Source: Eledone cirrhosa (lineage: Eukaryota). From it: a DNA stretch of 64,000 nucleotides. The notes beneath the pieces are model-generated. The model saw nothing but the letters and a program-made list of their open reading frames with translations, made no database searches and was not told the origin of the DNA. A program made the position numbers and the translations under genes. The stretch spans positions 261,888,001 to 261,952,000 of the forward strand of contig OZ024741.1 of NCBI GenBank assembly GCA_964016885.1. Direction: 5' to 3'. Of this stretch, positions 1-15,000 are shown piece by piece (within the stretch, counting starts at the first letter, position 1; the number at the start of each line of letters is the position of its first letter).

Positions 1-3000
1 CTACCCCACCGAGGAAGTCTACCTTGCCTCTGTCAACACCATCCTCTACCCCACCGAGGAAATATACCTTGCCTCTGTCAACACCATCCTCTACCCCACC
101 AAGGAAGTCTACCTTGCCTCTGGTTAAAACATCCTCTACCCCAACGAGGAAGTCTACCTTGCCTCTGATGACACCATCCTCTACCCCACTGAGGAAGTCT
201 ACTTTGCCTCTGGTGACACCATCCTCTACCCCACCGAAGAAGTCTACCTTGCCTCTGTCAACACCATCCTCTACCCCACCGAGGAAGTCTACCTTGCCTC
301 TGTCAACACCATCCTCTACCCCACCGAGGAAGTCTACCTTGCCTCTGTCAACACCATCCTCTACCTCACCGAGGAAGTCTACCTGGCCTCTGACAACACC
401 ATCCTCTACCCCACCGAGGAAGTCTACCTTGCCTCTGTCAACACCATCCTCTACCTCACCGAGGAAGTCTACCTTGCCTCTGACAACACCATCCTCTACC
501 CCACCGAGGAAGTCTACCTTGCCTTTGACAACACCATACTCTACCTCACCGAGGAAGTCTACCTTGTCTCAGTCAACACCATCCTCTACCCCACCGAGGA
601 AGTCTACATTGCCTCTGACATCACCATCCTCTACCCCACCGAGGAAGTCTACCTTGCCTCTGACAACACCATCCTCTACCCCACCGAGGAAGTCTACGTT
701 GCCTCTGACAACACCATCCTCTACCCCACCGAGGAAGTCTACCTTGCCTCTGTCAACACGATCTTCTACCCCACCGAGGAAGTCTACCTTGCGTCTGACA
801 ACACCATCCTCTACCTTACCAAAGAAGTTACCTTGCCTCTGTCAACACCATCTTCTACCCCACCGAGGAAGTCTACCTTGCCTCAATCAAAACCATCCTC
901 TACCCCACCAAGGAAGTCTACCTTGCCTCTGACAACACCATTCTCGACCTCACCGAGGAAGTCTACTATGCCTCTGACAACACCATCCTCTACCCCACCG
1001 AGGAAGTCTACCTTGCCTCAGACAACACCATCCTGTACCTCACCGAGGAAGTCTACCTTGCCTCTACAACACCATCCTCTACCCCACCGAGGAAGTCTAC
1101 TTTGCCTCAGACAACACCATCCTGTACCTCACCGAGGAAGTCTACCTTGCCTCTGTCAACACCATCCTCTACCCCACCGAGGAAGTCTACCTTGCCTCAG
1201 ACAACACCATCCACTACCCCACCGAGAAAGTCTACCTTGCCTCTGTCAACACCATCCTCTACCCCACCAAGGAAGTCTACCTTGCCTCTGACAACACCAT
1301 CCTCTACCCCACCGAGGAAGTCTACCTTGCCTCAGACAACACCATCCTCTACCCCACCGAGAAAGTCTACCTTGCCTCAGTCAACACCATCCTCTACCCC
1401 ACCAAGGAAGTCTACCTTGCCTCAGACAACACCATCCTCTACCCCACCGAGGAAGTCTACCTTGCCTCTGTCAACACCATCCTCTACCTCACCAAGGAAG
1501 TCTAGCTTGCCTCTGTCAACACCATCCTCTACCCCACCGAAGAATTCTACTTTGCCTCTGATGACACCATCCTCTACCCTGCCGAGGAAGTCTACCTTGC
1601 CTCTGGTGAAAACATCCTCTACCACACCGAGGAAGTCTACCTTGCCTCTGTCAACACCATCCTCTACCCCACCGAGGAAGTCTACCTTGCCTCTGCCAAC
1701 ACCATCCTCTACCCCACCGAGGAAGTCTACCGTGCCTCTGACAACACCATACTCTACCCCACCTGGAAGTCTACCTTGCCTCTGTCAACACCATCCTCTA
1801 CCTCACCGAGGAAGTCTACCTTGCCTCTGACAACACCATCCTCTACCCCACCGAGGAAGTCTACCTTGCCTCTGTCAACACCATCCTCTACCCCACCGAG
1901 GAAGTCTACCTTGCCTCTGTCAACACCATCCTCTACCTCACCGAGGAAGTCTACCTTGCCTCTGTCAACACCATCCTCTACCTCACCGAGGAAGTCTACC
2001 TAGCCTCTGACAACACCATCCTCTACCCCACCGAGGAAGTCTACCTTGCCTCTGACAACACCATACTCTACCTCACCGAGGAAGTCTACCTTGCCTCTGA
2101 CATCACCATCTTCTACCCCACCGAGGAAGTCTACCTTGCCTCTGTCAACACCATCCTCTACCTCACCGAGGAAGTCTACCTTGCCTCTGACATCACCATC
2201 CTCTACCCCACCGAGGAAGTCTACCTTGCCTCTGACAACACCATACTCTACCTCACCGAGGAAGTCTACCTTGCCTCTGACATCACCATCCTCTACCCCA
2301 CCGAGGAAGTCTACCTTGCCTCTGTCAACACCATCCTCTACCTCACCGAGGAAGTCTACCTAGCCTCTGACAACACCATCCTCTACCCCACCGAGGAAGT
2401 CTACCTTGCCTCTGACAACACCATACTCTACCCCGCCGAGGAAGTCTACCTTGCCCCTGACAACACCATCCTCTACCCCACCGAGGAATTCTACCTTGCC
2501 TCAGTCAACACCATCCTCTACCCCACCGAGGAAGTTTACATTGCCTCTGACAACACCATCCTCTACCCCACCGAGGAATTCTACCTTGCCTCAGTCAACA
2601 CCATCCTCTACCCCACCGAGGAATTCTACCTTGCCTCAGTCAACACCATCCTCTACCTCACCGAGGAAGTCTACCTTGCCTCTGTCAACACCATCCTCTA
2701 CCTTACCGAAGAAGTTACCTTGCCTCTGTCAACACCATCTTCTACCCGACCGAGGAGTCTACCTTGCCTCAATCAAAACCATCCTCTACCCCACCGAGGA
2801 AGTCTACCTTGCCTCTGACAACACCATTCTCGACCTCACCGAGGAAGTCTACCTTGCCTCTGTCAACACCATCCTCTACCCCACTGAGCAAGTTTACCAT
2901 GCCTCTGTCAACACCTACCTCTACCTAACCGAGGAAGTCTAACTTGCCTGTGATAACACCATCCTCTACCCCACCGAGGAAGCCTACCTTGCCTCTGTCA

Positions 3001-6000
3001 ACACCATCCTCTACCTCACCGAGGAAGTCTACCTTGCCTCTGTCAAAACCATCCTCTACCACACCGAGGAAGTCTACCTTGCCTCTGTCAACACCATCCT
3101 CTACCCCACCGAGGAAGTCTACCTTGCCTCTGACAACACCATCCACTACCCCACCGAGGAAGTCTACTTTGCCTCTGTCAACACCATCCTCTACTCCACC
3201 GAGGAAGTCTACCTTGCCTCTGTCAACACCATCCTCAACCCCACCGAGGAAGTCTACCTTGCCTCTGTCAACACCATCCTCTACCTCACCGAGGAAGTCT
3301 ACTTTGCCTCTGGTGACACCATCCTCTACCTCACCGAAGAAGACTACCTTGCCTCTGTCAACACCTTCCTCTACCCCACCTAGGAAGTCTACCTTGGCTC
3401 TGTCAACACCATCCTCTACCCCACCGAGGAAGTCTACCTTGCCTCTGGTTAAACCATCCTCTACCCCAACGAGGAAGTCTACCTTGCCTCTGATGACACC
3501 ATCCTCTACCCCACTGAGGAAGTCAACCTTGCCTCTGAGGAAACCATCCTCTACCCCACCGAGGAAGTCAACCTTGCCTCTGTCTACACCATCCTCTACC
3601 CCACCGAGGAAGTCTACCTTGCCTCTGACATCACCATCCTCTACCCCACCGAGGAAGTCTACCTTGCCTCTGACAACACCATCCTCTACCCCACCGAGGA
3701 AGTCTACCTTGCCTCTGACAACACCATCCTCTACCCCACCGAGGAAGTCTACCTTGCCTCTGTCAACACCATCCTCTACCCCACCGAGGAAGTCTACCTT
3801 GCCTCAGACAACACCATCCTGTACCTCACCGAGGAAGTCTACCTTGCCTCTGTCAACACCATCCTCTACCCCACCGAGGAAGTCTACTTTGCCTCAGACA
3901 ACACCATACTGTACCTCACCGAGGAAGTCTACCTTGCCTCTGTCAACACCATCCTCTACCCCACCGAGGAAGTCTACCTTGCCTCAGACAACACCATCCT
4001 CTACCCCACCGAGCAAGTCTACCTTGCCTCTGTCAACACCATCCTCTACCCCACCGAGGAAGTCTACTTTGCCTCAGACAACACCATCCTCTACCCCACC
4101 GAGGAAGTCTACCTTGCCTCTGTCAACACCATCCTCTACCTCACCGAGGAAGTCTACCTTGCCTCTGTCAACACCATCCTCTACCTCACCGAGGAAGTCT
4201 ACTTTGCCTCTGGTGACACCATCCTCTACCCTGCCGAGGAAGTCTACCTTGCCTCTGGTGAAAACATCCTCTACCACACCGAGGAAGTCTACCTTGCCTC
4301 TGTCAACACCATCCTCTACCCCACCGAGGAAGTCTACCTTGCCTCTGTCAACACCATCCTCTACCCCACCGAGGAAGTCTACCGTGCCTCTGACAACACC
4401 ATACTCTACCCCACCAAGGAAGTCTACCTTGCCTCTGGCAACACCATCCTCTACCTCACCGAGGAAGTCTACCTTGCCTCTGACAACACCATCCTCTACC
4501 CCACCGAGGAAGTCTACCTTGCCTCTGTCAACACGATCCTCTACCCCACCGAGGAAGACTACCTTGCCTCTGTCAACACCATCCTCTACCCCAGCGAGGA
4601 AGTCTACCGTGCCTCTGACAACACCATACTCTACCCCACCGAGGAAGTCTACCTTGCCTCTGTCAACACCATCCTCTACCTCACCGAGGAAGTCTACCTT
4701 GCCTCTGTCAACACGATCCTCTACCCCACCGAGGAAGTCTACCTTGCCTCTGTCAACACCATCCTCTACCCCACCGAGGAAGTCTACCTTGCCCCTGTCA
4801 ACACCATCCTCTACCTCACCGAGGAAGTCTACCTAGCCTCTGACAACACCATCCTCTACCCCACCGAGGATGTCTACCTTGCCTCTGACAACACCATACT
4901 CTACCTCACCGAGGAAGTCTACCTTGCCTCTGACAACACCATCCTCTACCCCACCGAGGAAGTTTACATTGTCTCAGTCAACACCATCCTCTACCCCACC
5001 GAGGAAGTTTACATTGCCTCTGACAACACCATCCTCTACCCCACCGAGGAATTCTACCTTGCCTCAGTCAACACCATCCTCTACCCCACCGAGGAATTCT
5101 ACCTTGCCTCAGTCAACACCATCCTCTACCTCACCGAGGAAGTCTACCTTGCCTCTGTCAACACCATCCTCTACCTTACCGAAGAAGTTACCTTGCCTCT
5201 GTCAACACCATCTTCTACCCGACCGAGGAAGTCTACCGTGCCTCAATCAAAACCATCCTCTACCCCACCGAGGAAGTCTACCTTGCCTCTGACAACACCA
5301 TTCTCGACCTCACCGAGGAAGTCTACCTTGCCTCTGACAACACCATCCTGTACCTCACCGAGGAAGTCTACCTTGCCTCTGTCAACACCATCCTCTACCC
5401 CACTGAGCAAGTCTACCTTGCCTCTGTCAACACCTACATCTACCTAACCGAGGAAGTCTAACTTGCCTGTGATAACACCATCCTCTACCCCACCGAGGAA
5501 GCCTACCTTGCCTCTGTCAACACCATCCTCTACCTCACCGAGGAAGTCTACCTTGCCTCTGTCAACACCATCCTCTACCCCACCGAGGAAGTCTACCTTG
5601 CCTCTGACAACACCATCCACTACCCCACCGAGGAAGTCTACTTTGCCTCTGTCAACACCATCCTCTACCCCACCGAGGAAGTCTACCTTGCCTCTGTCAA
5701 CACCATCCTCTACCCCACCGAGGAAGTCTACCTTGCCTCTGTCAACACCATCCTCTACCTCACCGAGGAAGTCTACTTTGCCTCTGGTGACACCATCCTC
5801 TACCTCACCGAAGAAGACTACCTTGCCTCTGTCAACATCTTCCTCTACCCCACCTAGGAAGTCTACCTTGCCTCTGTCAACACCATCCTCTACCTCACCG
5901 AGGAAGTCTACCTTGCCTCTGACATCACCATCCTCTACCCCGCCGAGGAAGTCTACCTTGCCTCTGACAACGCCATACTCTACCTCACCGAGGAAGTCTA

Positions 6001-9000
6001 CCTTGCCTCTGACATCACCATCCTCTACCCCACCGAGGAAGTCTACCTTGCCTCTGTCAACACCATCCTCTACCTCACCGAGGAAGTCTACCTAGCCTCT
6101 GACAACACCATACTCTACTCCACCGAGGAAGTCTACCTTGCCTCTGACAACACCATACTCTACCCCGCCGAGGAATTCTACCTTGCCTCAGTCAACACCA
6201 TCCTCTACCCCACCGAGGAAGTCTACCTTGCCTCTGACAACACCATACTCTACCCCGCCGAGGAAGTCTACCTTGCCCCTGACAACACCATCCTCTACCC
6301 CACCGAGGAATTCTACCTTGCCTCAGTCAACACCATCCTCTACCCCACCGAGGAAGTTTACATTGCCTCTGACAACACCATCCTCTACCCCACCGAGGAA
6401 TTCTACCTTGCCTCAGTCAACACCATCCTCTACCCCACCGAGGAATTCTACCTTGCCTCAGTCAACACCATCCTCTACCTCACCGAGGAAGTCTACCTTG
6501 CCTCTGTCAACACCATCCTCTACCTTACCGAAGAAGTTACCTTGCCTCTGTCAACACCATCTTCTACCCGACCGAGGAGTCTACCTTGCCTCAATCAAAA
6601 CCATCCTCTACCCCACCGAGGAAGTCTACCTTGCCTCTGTCAAAACCATCCTCTACCACACCGAGGAAGTCTACCTTGCCTCTGTCAACACCATCCTCTA
6701 CCCCACCGAGGAAGTCTACCTTGCCTCTGACAACACCATCCACTACCCCACCGAGGAAGTCTACTTTGCCTCTGTCAACACCATCCTCTACCCCACCGAG
6801 GAAGTCTACCTTGCCTCTGTCAACACCATCCTCTACCCCACCGAGGAAGTCTACCTTGCCTCTGTCAACACCATCCTCTACCTCACCGAGGAAGTCTACT
6901 TTGCCTCTGGTGACACCATCCTCTACCTCACCGAAGAAGACTACCTTGCCTCTGTCAACACCTTCCTCTACCCCACCTAGGAAGTCTACCTTGCCTCTGT
7001 TAACACCATCCTCTACCCCACCGAGGAAGTCTACCTTGCCTCTGGTTAAACCATCCTCTACCCCAACGAGGAAGTCTACCTTGCCTCTGATGACACCATC
7101 CTCTACCCCACTGAGGAAGTCAACCTTGCCTCTGATGACACCATCCTCTACCCCACCGAGGAAGTCAACCTTGCCTCTGTCAACACCATCCTCTACCCCA
7201 CCGAGGAAGTCTACCTTGCCTCTGACATCACCATCCTCTACCCCACCGAGGAAATCTACCTTGCCTCTGGTTAAACCATCCTCTACCCTAACGAGGAAGT
7301 CTACCTTGCCTCTGTCAACACCATCCTCTACCCCACTGAGGAAGTCAACCTTGTCTCTGAGGAAACCATCCTCTACCCCACCGAGGAAGTCAACCTTGCC
7401 TCTGTCTACACCATCCTCTACCCCACCGAGGAAGTCTACCTTGCCTCTGACATCACCATCCTCTACCCCACCGAGGAAGTCTACCTTGCCTCTGACAACA
7501 CCATCCTCTACCCCACCGAGGAAGTCTACCTTGCCTCTGACAACACCATCCTCTACCCCACCGAGTAAGTCTACCTTGCCTCTGTCAACACCATCCTCTA
7601 CCCCACCGAGGAAGTCTACCTTGACTCAGACAACACCATCCTGTACCTCACCGAGGAATTCTACCTTGCCTCTGTCAACACGATCCTCTAACCCACCGAG
7701 GAAGTCTACTTTGCCTCAGACAACACCATACTGTACCTCACCGAGGAAGTCTACCTTGCCTCTGTCAACACCATCCTCTACCCCACCGAGGAAGTCTACC
7801 TTGCTTCAGACAACACCATCCTCTACCCCACCGAGAAAGTCTACCTTGCCTCTGTCAACACCATCCTCTACCCCACCGAGGAAGTCTACTTTGCCTCAGA
7901 CAACACCATCCTGTACCTCACGAGGAAGTCTACTTTGCCTCTGTCAACACCATCCTCTACCCCAACGAGGAAGTCTACCTTGCCTCAGACAACACCATCC
8001 TGTACCTCACCGAGGAAGTCTACCTTGCCTCTGTCAACACCATCCTCTACCCTACCGAGGAAGTCTACCTTGCCTCTGACAACACCATCCTCTACCCCAC
8101 CGAGGAAGTCTACCTTGCCTCAGACAACACCATACTCTACCCCACCGAGAAAGTCTACCTTGCCTCTGTCAAGACCATCCTCTACCCCACCGAGGAAGTC
8201 TACCTTGCCTCAGACAACACCATCCTCTACCCCACCGAGGAAGTCTACCTTGCCTCTGTCAACACCATCCTCTACCTCACCGAGGAAGTCTACCTTGCCT
8301 CTGTCAACACCATCCTCTACCTCACCGAGGAAGTCTACTTTGCCTCTGGTGACACCATCCTCTACCCTGCCGAGGAAGTCTACCTTGCCTCTGGTGAAAA
8401 CATCCTCTACCACACCGAGGAAGTCTACCTTGCCTCTGTCAACACCATCCTCTACCCAACTGAGTAAGTCAACCTTGCCTCTGATGAAACCATCCTCTAC
8501 CCCACCGAGGAAGTCAACCTTGCCTCTGTCAACACCATCCTCTACCCCACCGAGGAAGTCTACCTTGCCTCTGACATCACCATCCTCTACCCCACCGAGG
8601 AAGTCTACCTTGCCTCTGACAACACCATCCTCTACCCCACCGAGGAAGTCTACCTTGCCTCTGACAAAACCATCCTCTACCCCACCGAGGAAGTCTACCT
8701 TGCCTCTGTCAACACGATCTTCTACCCCACCGGGGAAGTCTACCTTGCCTCTGACAACACCATCCTCTACTTTACCGAAGAAGTCTACCTTGCCTCTGTC
8801 AACACCAACTTCTACCCCAACGAGGAAGTCTACCTTGCCTCAATCAAAACCATCCTCTACCCCACCAAGGAAGTCTACCTTGCCTCTGACAACAGCATTC
8901 TCGAACTCACCGAGGAAGTCTACTAGGCCTCTGACAACACCATCCTCTACCCCACCGAGGAAGTCTACCTTGCCTCAGACAACACCATCCTGTACCTCAC

Positions 9001-12000
9001 CGAGGAAGTCTACCTTGCCTCTGTCAACACCATCCTCTACCCCACCGAGGAAGTCTACCTTGCCTCTGACAACACCATCCTCTACCCCACCGAGGAAGTC
9101 TACCCTGCCTCAGACAACACCATCCTCTACCCCACCGAGAAAGTCTACCTTGCCTCTGTCAACACCATCCTCTACCTCACCGAGGAAGTCTAGCTTGCCT
9201 CTGTCAACACCATCCTCTACCTCACCGAGGAAGTCTACTTTGCCTCTGGTGACACCATCCTCTACCCTGCCGAGGAAGTCTACCTTGCCTCTGGTGAAAA
9301 CATCCTCTACCACACCGAGGAAGTCTACCTTGCCTCTGTCAACACCATCCTCTACCCCACCGAGGAAGTCTACCTTGCCTCTGTCAACACCATCCTCTAC
9401 CCCACCGAGGAAGTCTACCTTGCCTCTGACAACACCATACTCTACCCCACCGAGGAAGTCTACCTTGCCTCTGTCAACACCATCCTCTACCCCACCGAGG
9501 AAGTCTACCTTGCCTCTGTCAACACCATCCTCTACCTCACCGAGGAAGTCTACCTTGCCTCTGACAACACCATCCTCTACCCCACCGAGGAAGTCTACCT
9601 TGCCTCTGTCAACACCATCCTCTACCCCACCGAGGAAGTCTACCTTGCCTCTGACAACACCATTCTCGACCTCACCGAGGAAGTCTACCTTGCCTCTGGC
9701 AACACCATGCTGTACCTCACCGAGGAAGTCTACCTTGCCTCTGTCATCACCATCCTCTACCCCACTGAGCAAGTCTACCTTGCCTCTGTCAACACCTACC
9801 TCTACCTAACCGAGGAAGTCTAACTTGCCTGTGATAACACCATCCTCTACCCCACCGAGGAAGCCTACCTTGCCTCTGTCAACACCATCCTCTACCTCAC
9901 CGAGGAAGTCTACCTTGCCTCTGTCAAAACCATCCTCTACCACACCGAGGAAGTCTACCTTGCCTCTGTCAACACCATCCTCTCCCCACCGAGGAAGTCT
10001 ACCTTGCCTCTGACAACACCATCCACTACCCCACCGAGGAAGTCTACTTTGCCTCTGGCAACACCGTCCTCTACCCCACCGAGGAAGTCTACCTTGCCTC
10101 TGTCAACACCATCCTCTACCCACCGAGGAAGTCTACCTTGCCTCTGTCAACACCATCCTCTACCTCACCGAGGAAGTCTACTTTGCCTCTGGTGACACCA
10201 TCCTCAACCTCACCGAAGAAGACTACCTTGCCTCTGTCAACACCTTCCTCTACCCCACCTAGGAAGTCTACCTTGCCTCTGTCAACACCATCCTCTACCC
10301 CACCGAGGAAGTCTACCTTGCCTCTGGTTAAACCATCCTCTACCCCAACGAGGAAGTCTACCTTGCCTCTGATGACACCATCCTCTACCCCACTGAGGAA
10401 GTCTACCTTGCCTCTGATGACACCATCCTCTACCCCACCGAAGAAGTCAACCTTGCCTCTGTCAACACCATCTTCTACCCCACCGAGGAAGTCTACCTTG
10501 CCTCTGACATCACCATCCTCTACCCCACCGAGGAAGTCTAACTTGCCTCTGGTTAAACCATCCTCTACCCCAACGAGGAAGTCTACCTTGCCTCTGTCAA
10601 CACCATCCACTACCCCACCGAGGAAGTCTACCTTGCCTCTGAAAACACCATCCACTACCCCAACGAGGAAGTCTACTTTGCCTCTGTCAACACCATCCTC
10701 AACCCAACCGAGGAAGTCTACCTTGCCTCTGTCAATACCATCCTCTACCCCACCGAGGAAGTCTACCTTGCCTCTGTCAACACCATCCTCTACCTCACCG
10801 AGGAAGTCTACTTTGCCTCTGGTGACACCATCCTCTACCTCACCGAAGAAGACTACCTTGCCTCTGTCAACACCTTCCTCTACCCCACCTAGGAAGTTTA
10901 CCTTGCCTCTGTCAACACCATCCTCTACCCCACCAAGGAAGTCTACCTTGCCTCTGGTTAAACCATCCTCTACCCCAACGAGGAAGTCTACCTTGCCTCT
11001 GATGACACCATCCTCTACCCCACTGAGGAAGTCAACCTTGCCTCTGATGACACCATCCTCTACCCCACCGAGGAAGTCAACCTTGCCTCTGTCAACACCA
11101 TCCTCTACCCCACCGAGGAAGTCTACCTTGCCTCTGACATCACCATCCTCTACCCCACCGAGGAAGTCTACCTTGCCTCTGGTTAAACCATCCTCTACCC
11201 CAACGAGGAAGTCCACTTTGGCTCTGTCAACACCATCCTCTACCCCACTGAGGAAGTCAACCTTGCCTCTGATGAAACCATCCTCTACCCCACCGAGGAA
11301 CTCAACCTTGCCTCTGACATCACCATCCTCTACCCCACCGAGGAAGTCTACCTTGCCTCTGACAACACCATCCTCTACCCCACCGAGGAAGTCTACCTTG
11401 CCTCTGACATCACCATCCTCTACCCCACCGAGGAAGTCTACCTTGCCTCTGACAACACCATCCTCTACCCCACCGAGGAAGTCTACCTTGCCTCTGACAA
11501 CACCATCCTCTACCCCACCGAGGAAGTCTACCTTGCCTCTGTCAACACGATCTTCTACCCCACCGAGGAAGTCTACCTTGCCTCTGTCAACACCATCTTC
11601 TACCTCACCGAGGAAGTCTACCTTGCCTCAATCAAAACCATCCTCTACCCCACCAAGGAAGTCTACCTTGCCTCTGACAACAGCATTCTCGACCCCACAG
11701 AGAAAGTCTACCTTGCCTCTGACAACACCATCCTCTACCCCACCGAGGAAGTCTACCTTGCCTCAGACAACACCATCCTCTACCTCACCGAGGAAGTCTA
11801 GCTTGCCTCTGTCAACACCATCCTCTACCTCACCGAGGAAGTCTACTTTGCCTCTGGTGACACCATCCTCTACCCTGCCGAGGAAGTCTACCTTGCCTCT
11901 GGTGAAAACATCCTCTACCACACCGAGGAAGTCTACCTTGCCTCTGTTAACGCCATCCTTTACCCCACCGAGGAAGTCTACCTTGCCTCTGTCAACACTA

Positions 12001-15000
12001 TCCTCTACCCCACCGAGGAAGTCTACCTTGCCTCTGACAACACCATACTCTACCCCACCGAGGAAGTCTACCTTGCCTCTGTCAACACCATCCTCTACCC
12101 CACCGAGGAAGTCTACCTTGCCTCTGTCAACACCATCCTCTACCTCACCGAGGAAGTCTACCTTGCCTCTGACAACACCATCCTCTACCCCACCGAGGAA
12201 GTCTACCTTGCCTCTGTCAACACCATCCTCTACCCCACCGAGGAAGTCTACCTTGCCTCTGACATCACCATCTTCTACCCCACCGAGGAAGTCTACCTTG
12301 CCTCTGTCAACACGATCCTCTACCCCACCGAGGAAGTCTACCTTGCCTCTGTCAACACCATCCTCTACCCCACCGAGGAAGTCTACCTTGCCTCTGTCAA
12401 CACGATCCTCTACCTCACCGAGGAAGTCTACCTAGCCTCTGACATCACCATCCTCTACCCCACCGAGGAAGTCTACCTTGCCTCTGACAACACCATACTC
12501 TACCTCACCGAGGAAGTCTCCCTTGCCTCTGACATCACCATCCTCTACCCCACCGAGGAAGTCTACCTTGCCTCTGTCAACACCATCCTCTACCTCACCG
12601 AGGAAGTCTACCTAGCCTCTGACAACACCATCCTCTACCCCACCGAGGAAGTCTACCTTGCCTCTGACAACACCATACTCTACCCCGCCGAGGAATTCTA
12701 CCTTGCCTCAGTCAACACCATCCTCTACCCCACCGAGGTAGTCTACCTTGCCTCTGACAACACCATACTCTACCCCGCCGAGGAAGTCTACCTTGCCTCT
12801 GACAACACCTTCCTCTACCCCACCGAGGAATTCTACCTTGCCTCAGTCAACACCATCCTCTACCCCACCGAGGAAGTTTACATTGCCTCTGACAACACCA
12901 TCCTCTACCCCACCGAGGATTTCTACCTTGCCTCAGTCAACACCATCCTCTACCCCACCGAGGAATTCTACCTTGCCTCAGTCAACACCATCCTCTACCT
13001 CACCGAGGAAGTCTACGTTGCCTCTGTCAACACCATCCTCTACCTTACCGAAGAAGTTACCTTGCCTCTGTCAACACCATCTTCTACCCGACCGAGGAAG
13101 TCTACCTTGCCTCAATCAAAACCATCCTCTACCCCACCGAGGAAGTCTACCTTGCCTCTGACAACACCATACTCTACCCCGCCGAGGAAGTCTACCTTGC
13201 CTCTGACAACACCATCCTCTACCCCACCGAGGAATTCTACCTTGCCTCAGTCAACACCATCCTCTACCCCACCGAGGAAGTTTACATTGCCTCTGACAAC
13301 ACCATCCTCTACCCCACCGAGGAAGTCTACCTTGCCTCTGACATCACCATCCTCTACCCCACCGAGGAAGTCTACCTTGCCTCTGACATCACCATCCTCT
13401 ACCCCACGGAGGAAGCCTACCTTGCCTCTGTCAACACCATCCTCTACCCCACCGAGGAAGTCTACCTTGCCTCTGTCAACACCATCCTCTACCCCACCGA
13501 GGAAGTCTACCTTGCCTCTGTCAACACCATCCTCTACCTCACCGAGGAAGTCTACTTTGCCTCTGGTGACACCATCCTCTACCTCACCGAAGAAGACTAC
13601 CTTGCCTCTGTCAACACCTTCCTCTACCCCACCTAGGAAGTCTACCTTGCCTCTGTCAACACCAACCTCTACCTCACCGAGGCAGTCTACCTTGCCTCTG
13701 TCAAAACCATCCTCTACCACACCGAGGAAGTCTACCTTGCCTCTGTCAACACCATCCTCTACCCCACCGAGGAAGTCTACCTTGCCTCTGACAACATCAT
13801 CCACTACCCCACCGAGGAAGTCTACTTTGCCTCTGTCAACACCATCCTCTACCCCACCGAGGAAGTCTACCTTGCCTCTGTCAACACCATCCTCTACCCC
13901 ACCGAGGAAGTCTACTTTGCCTCTGTCAACACCATCCTCTACCTCACCGAGGAAGTCTACTTTGCCTCTGGTGACACCATCCTCTACCTCACCGAAGAAG
14001 ACTACCTTGCCTCTGTCAACACCTTCCTCTACCCCACCTAGGAAGTCTACCTTGCCTCTGTCAACACCATCCTCTACACCACCGAGGAAGTCTACCTTGC
14101 CTCTGGTTAAACCATCCTCTACCCCAACGAGGAAGTCTACCTTGCCTCTGATGACACCATCCTCTACCCCACTGAGGAAGTCAACCTTGCCTCTGATGAC
14201 ACCATCCTCTACCCCACCGAGGAAGTCAACCTTGCCTCTGTCAACACCATCCTCTACCCCACCGAGGAAGTCTACCTTGCCTCTGACATCACCATCCTCT
14301 ACCCCACCTAGGAAGTCTACCTTGCCTCTGGTTAAACCATCCTCTACCCCAACGAGGAAGTCTACCTTGCCTCTGATGACACCATCCTCTACCCCACTGA
14401 GGAAGTCAACCTTGCCTCTGATGACACCATCCTCTACCCCACCGAGGAAGTCAACCTTGCCTCTGTCAACACCATCCTCTACCCCACCAAGGAAGTCTAC
14501 CTTGCCTCTGACAACAGCATTCTCGACCTCACCGAGGAAGTCTACTATGCCTCTGACAACACCATCCTCTACCCCACCGAGGAAGTCTACCTTGCCTCAG
14601 ACAACACCATCCTGTACCTCACCGAGGAAGTCTACCTTGCCTCTGTCAACACCATCCTCTACCCCACCGAGGAAGTCTACCTTGCCTCTGACAACACCAT
14701 CCTCTACCCCACCGAGGAAGTCTACCTTGCCTCCGACAACACCATCCTCTACCCCACCGAGAAAGTCTACCTTGCCTCTGTCAACACCATCCTCTACCTC
14801 ACCGAGGAAGTCTAGCTTGCCTCTGTCAACACCATCCTCTACCTCACCGAGGAAGTCTACTTTGCCTCTGGTGACACCATCCTCTACCCTGCCGAGGAAG
14901 TCTACCTTGCCTCTGGTGAAAACATCCTCTACCACACCGAGGAAGTCTACCTTGCCTCTGTCAACACCATCCTCTACCCCACCGAGGAAGTCTACCTTGC

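Noticed and set aside
833-1291. His/Cys-rich peptide repeats (CQHHPLPHRGSLPCL) suggesting a metal-binding protein
   Set aside because: This is an alternative frame entered only after 1-bp deletions and closed by TGA in every GACA-type monomer.
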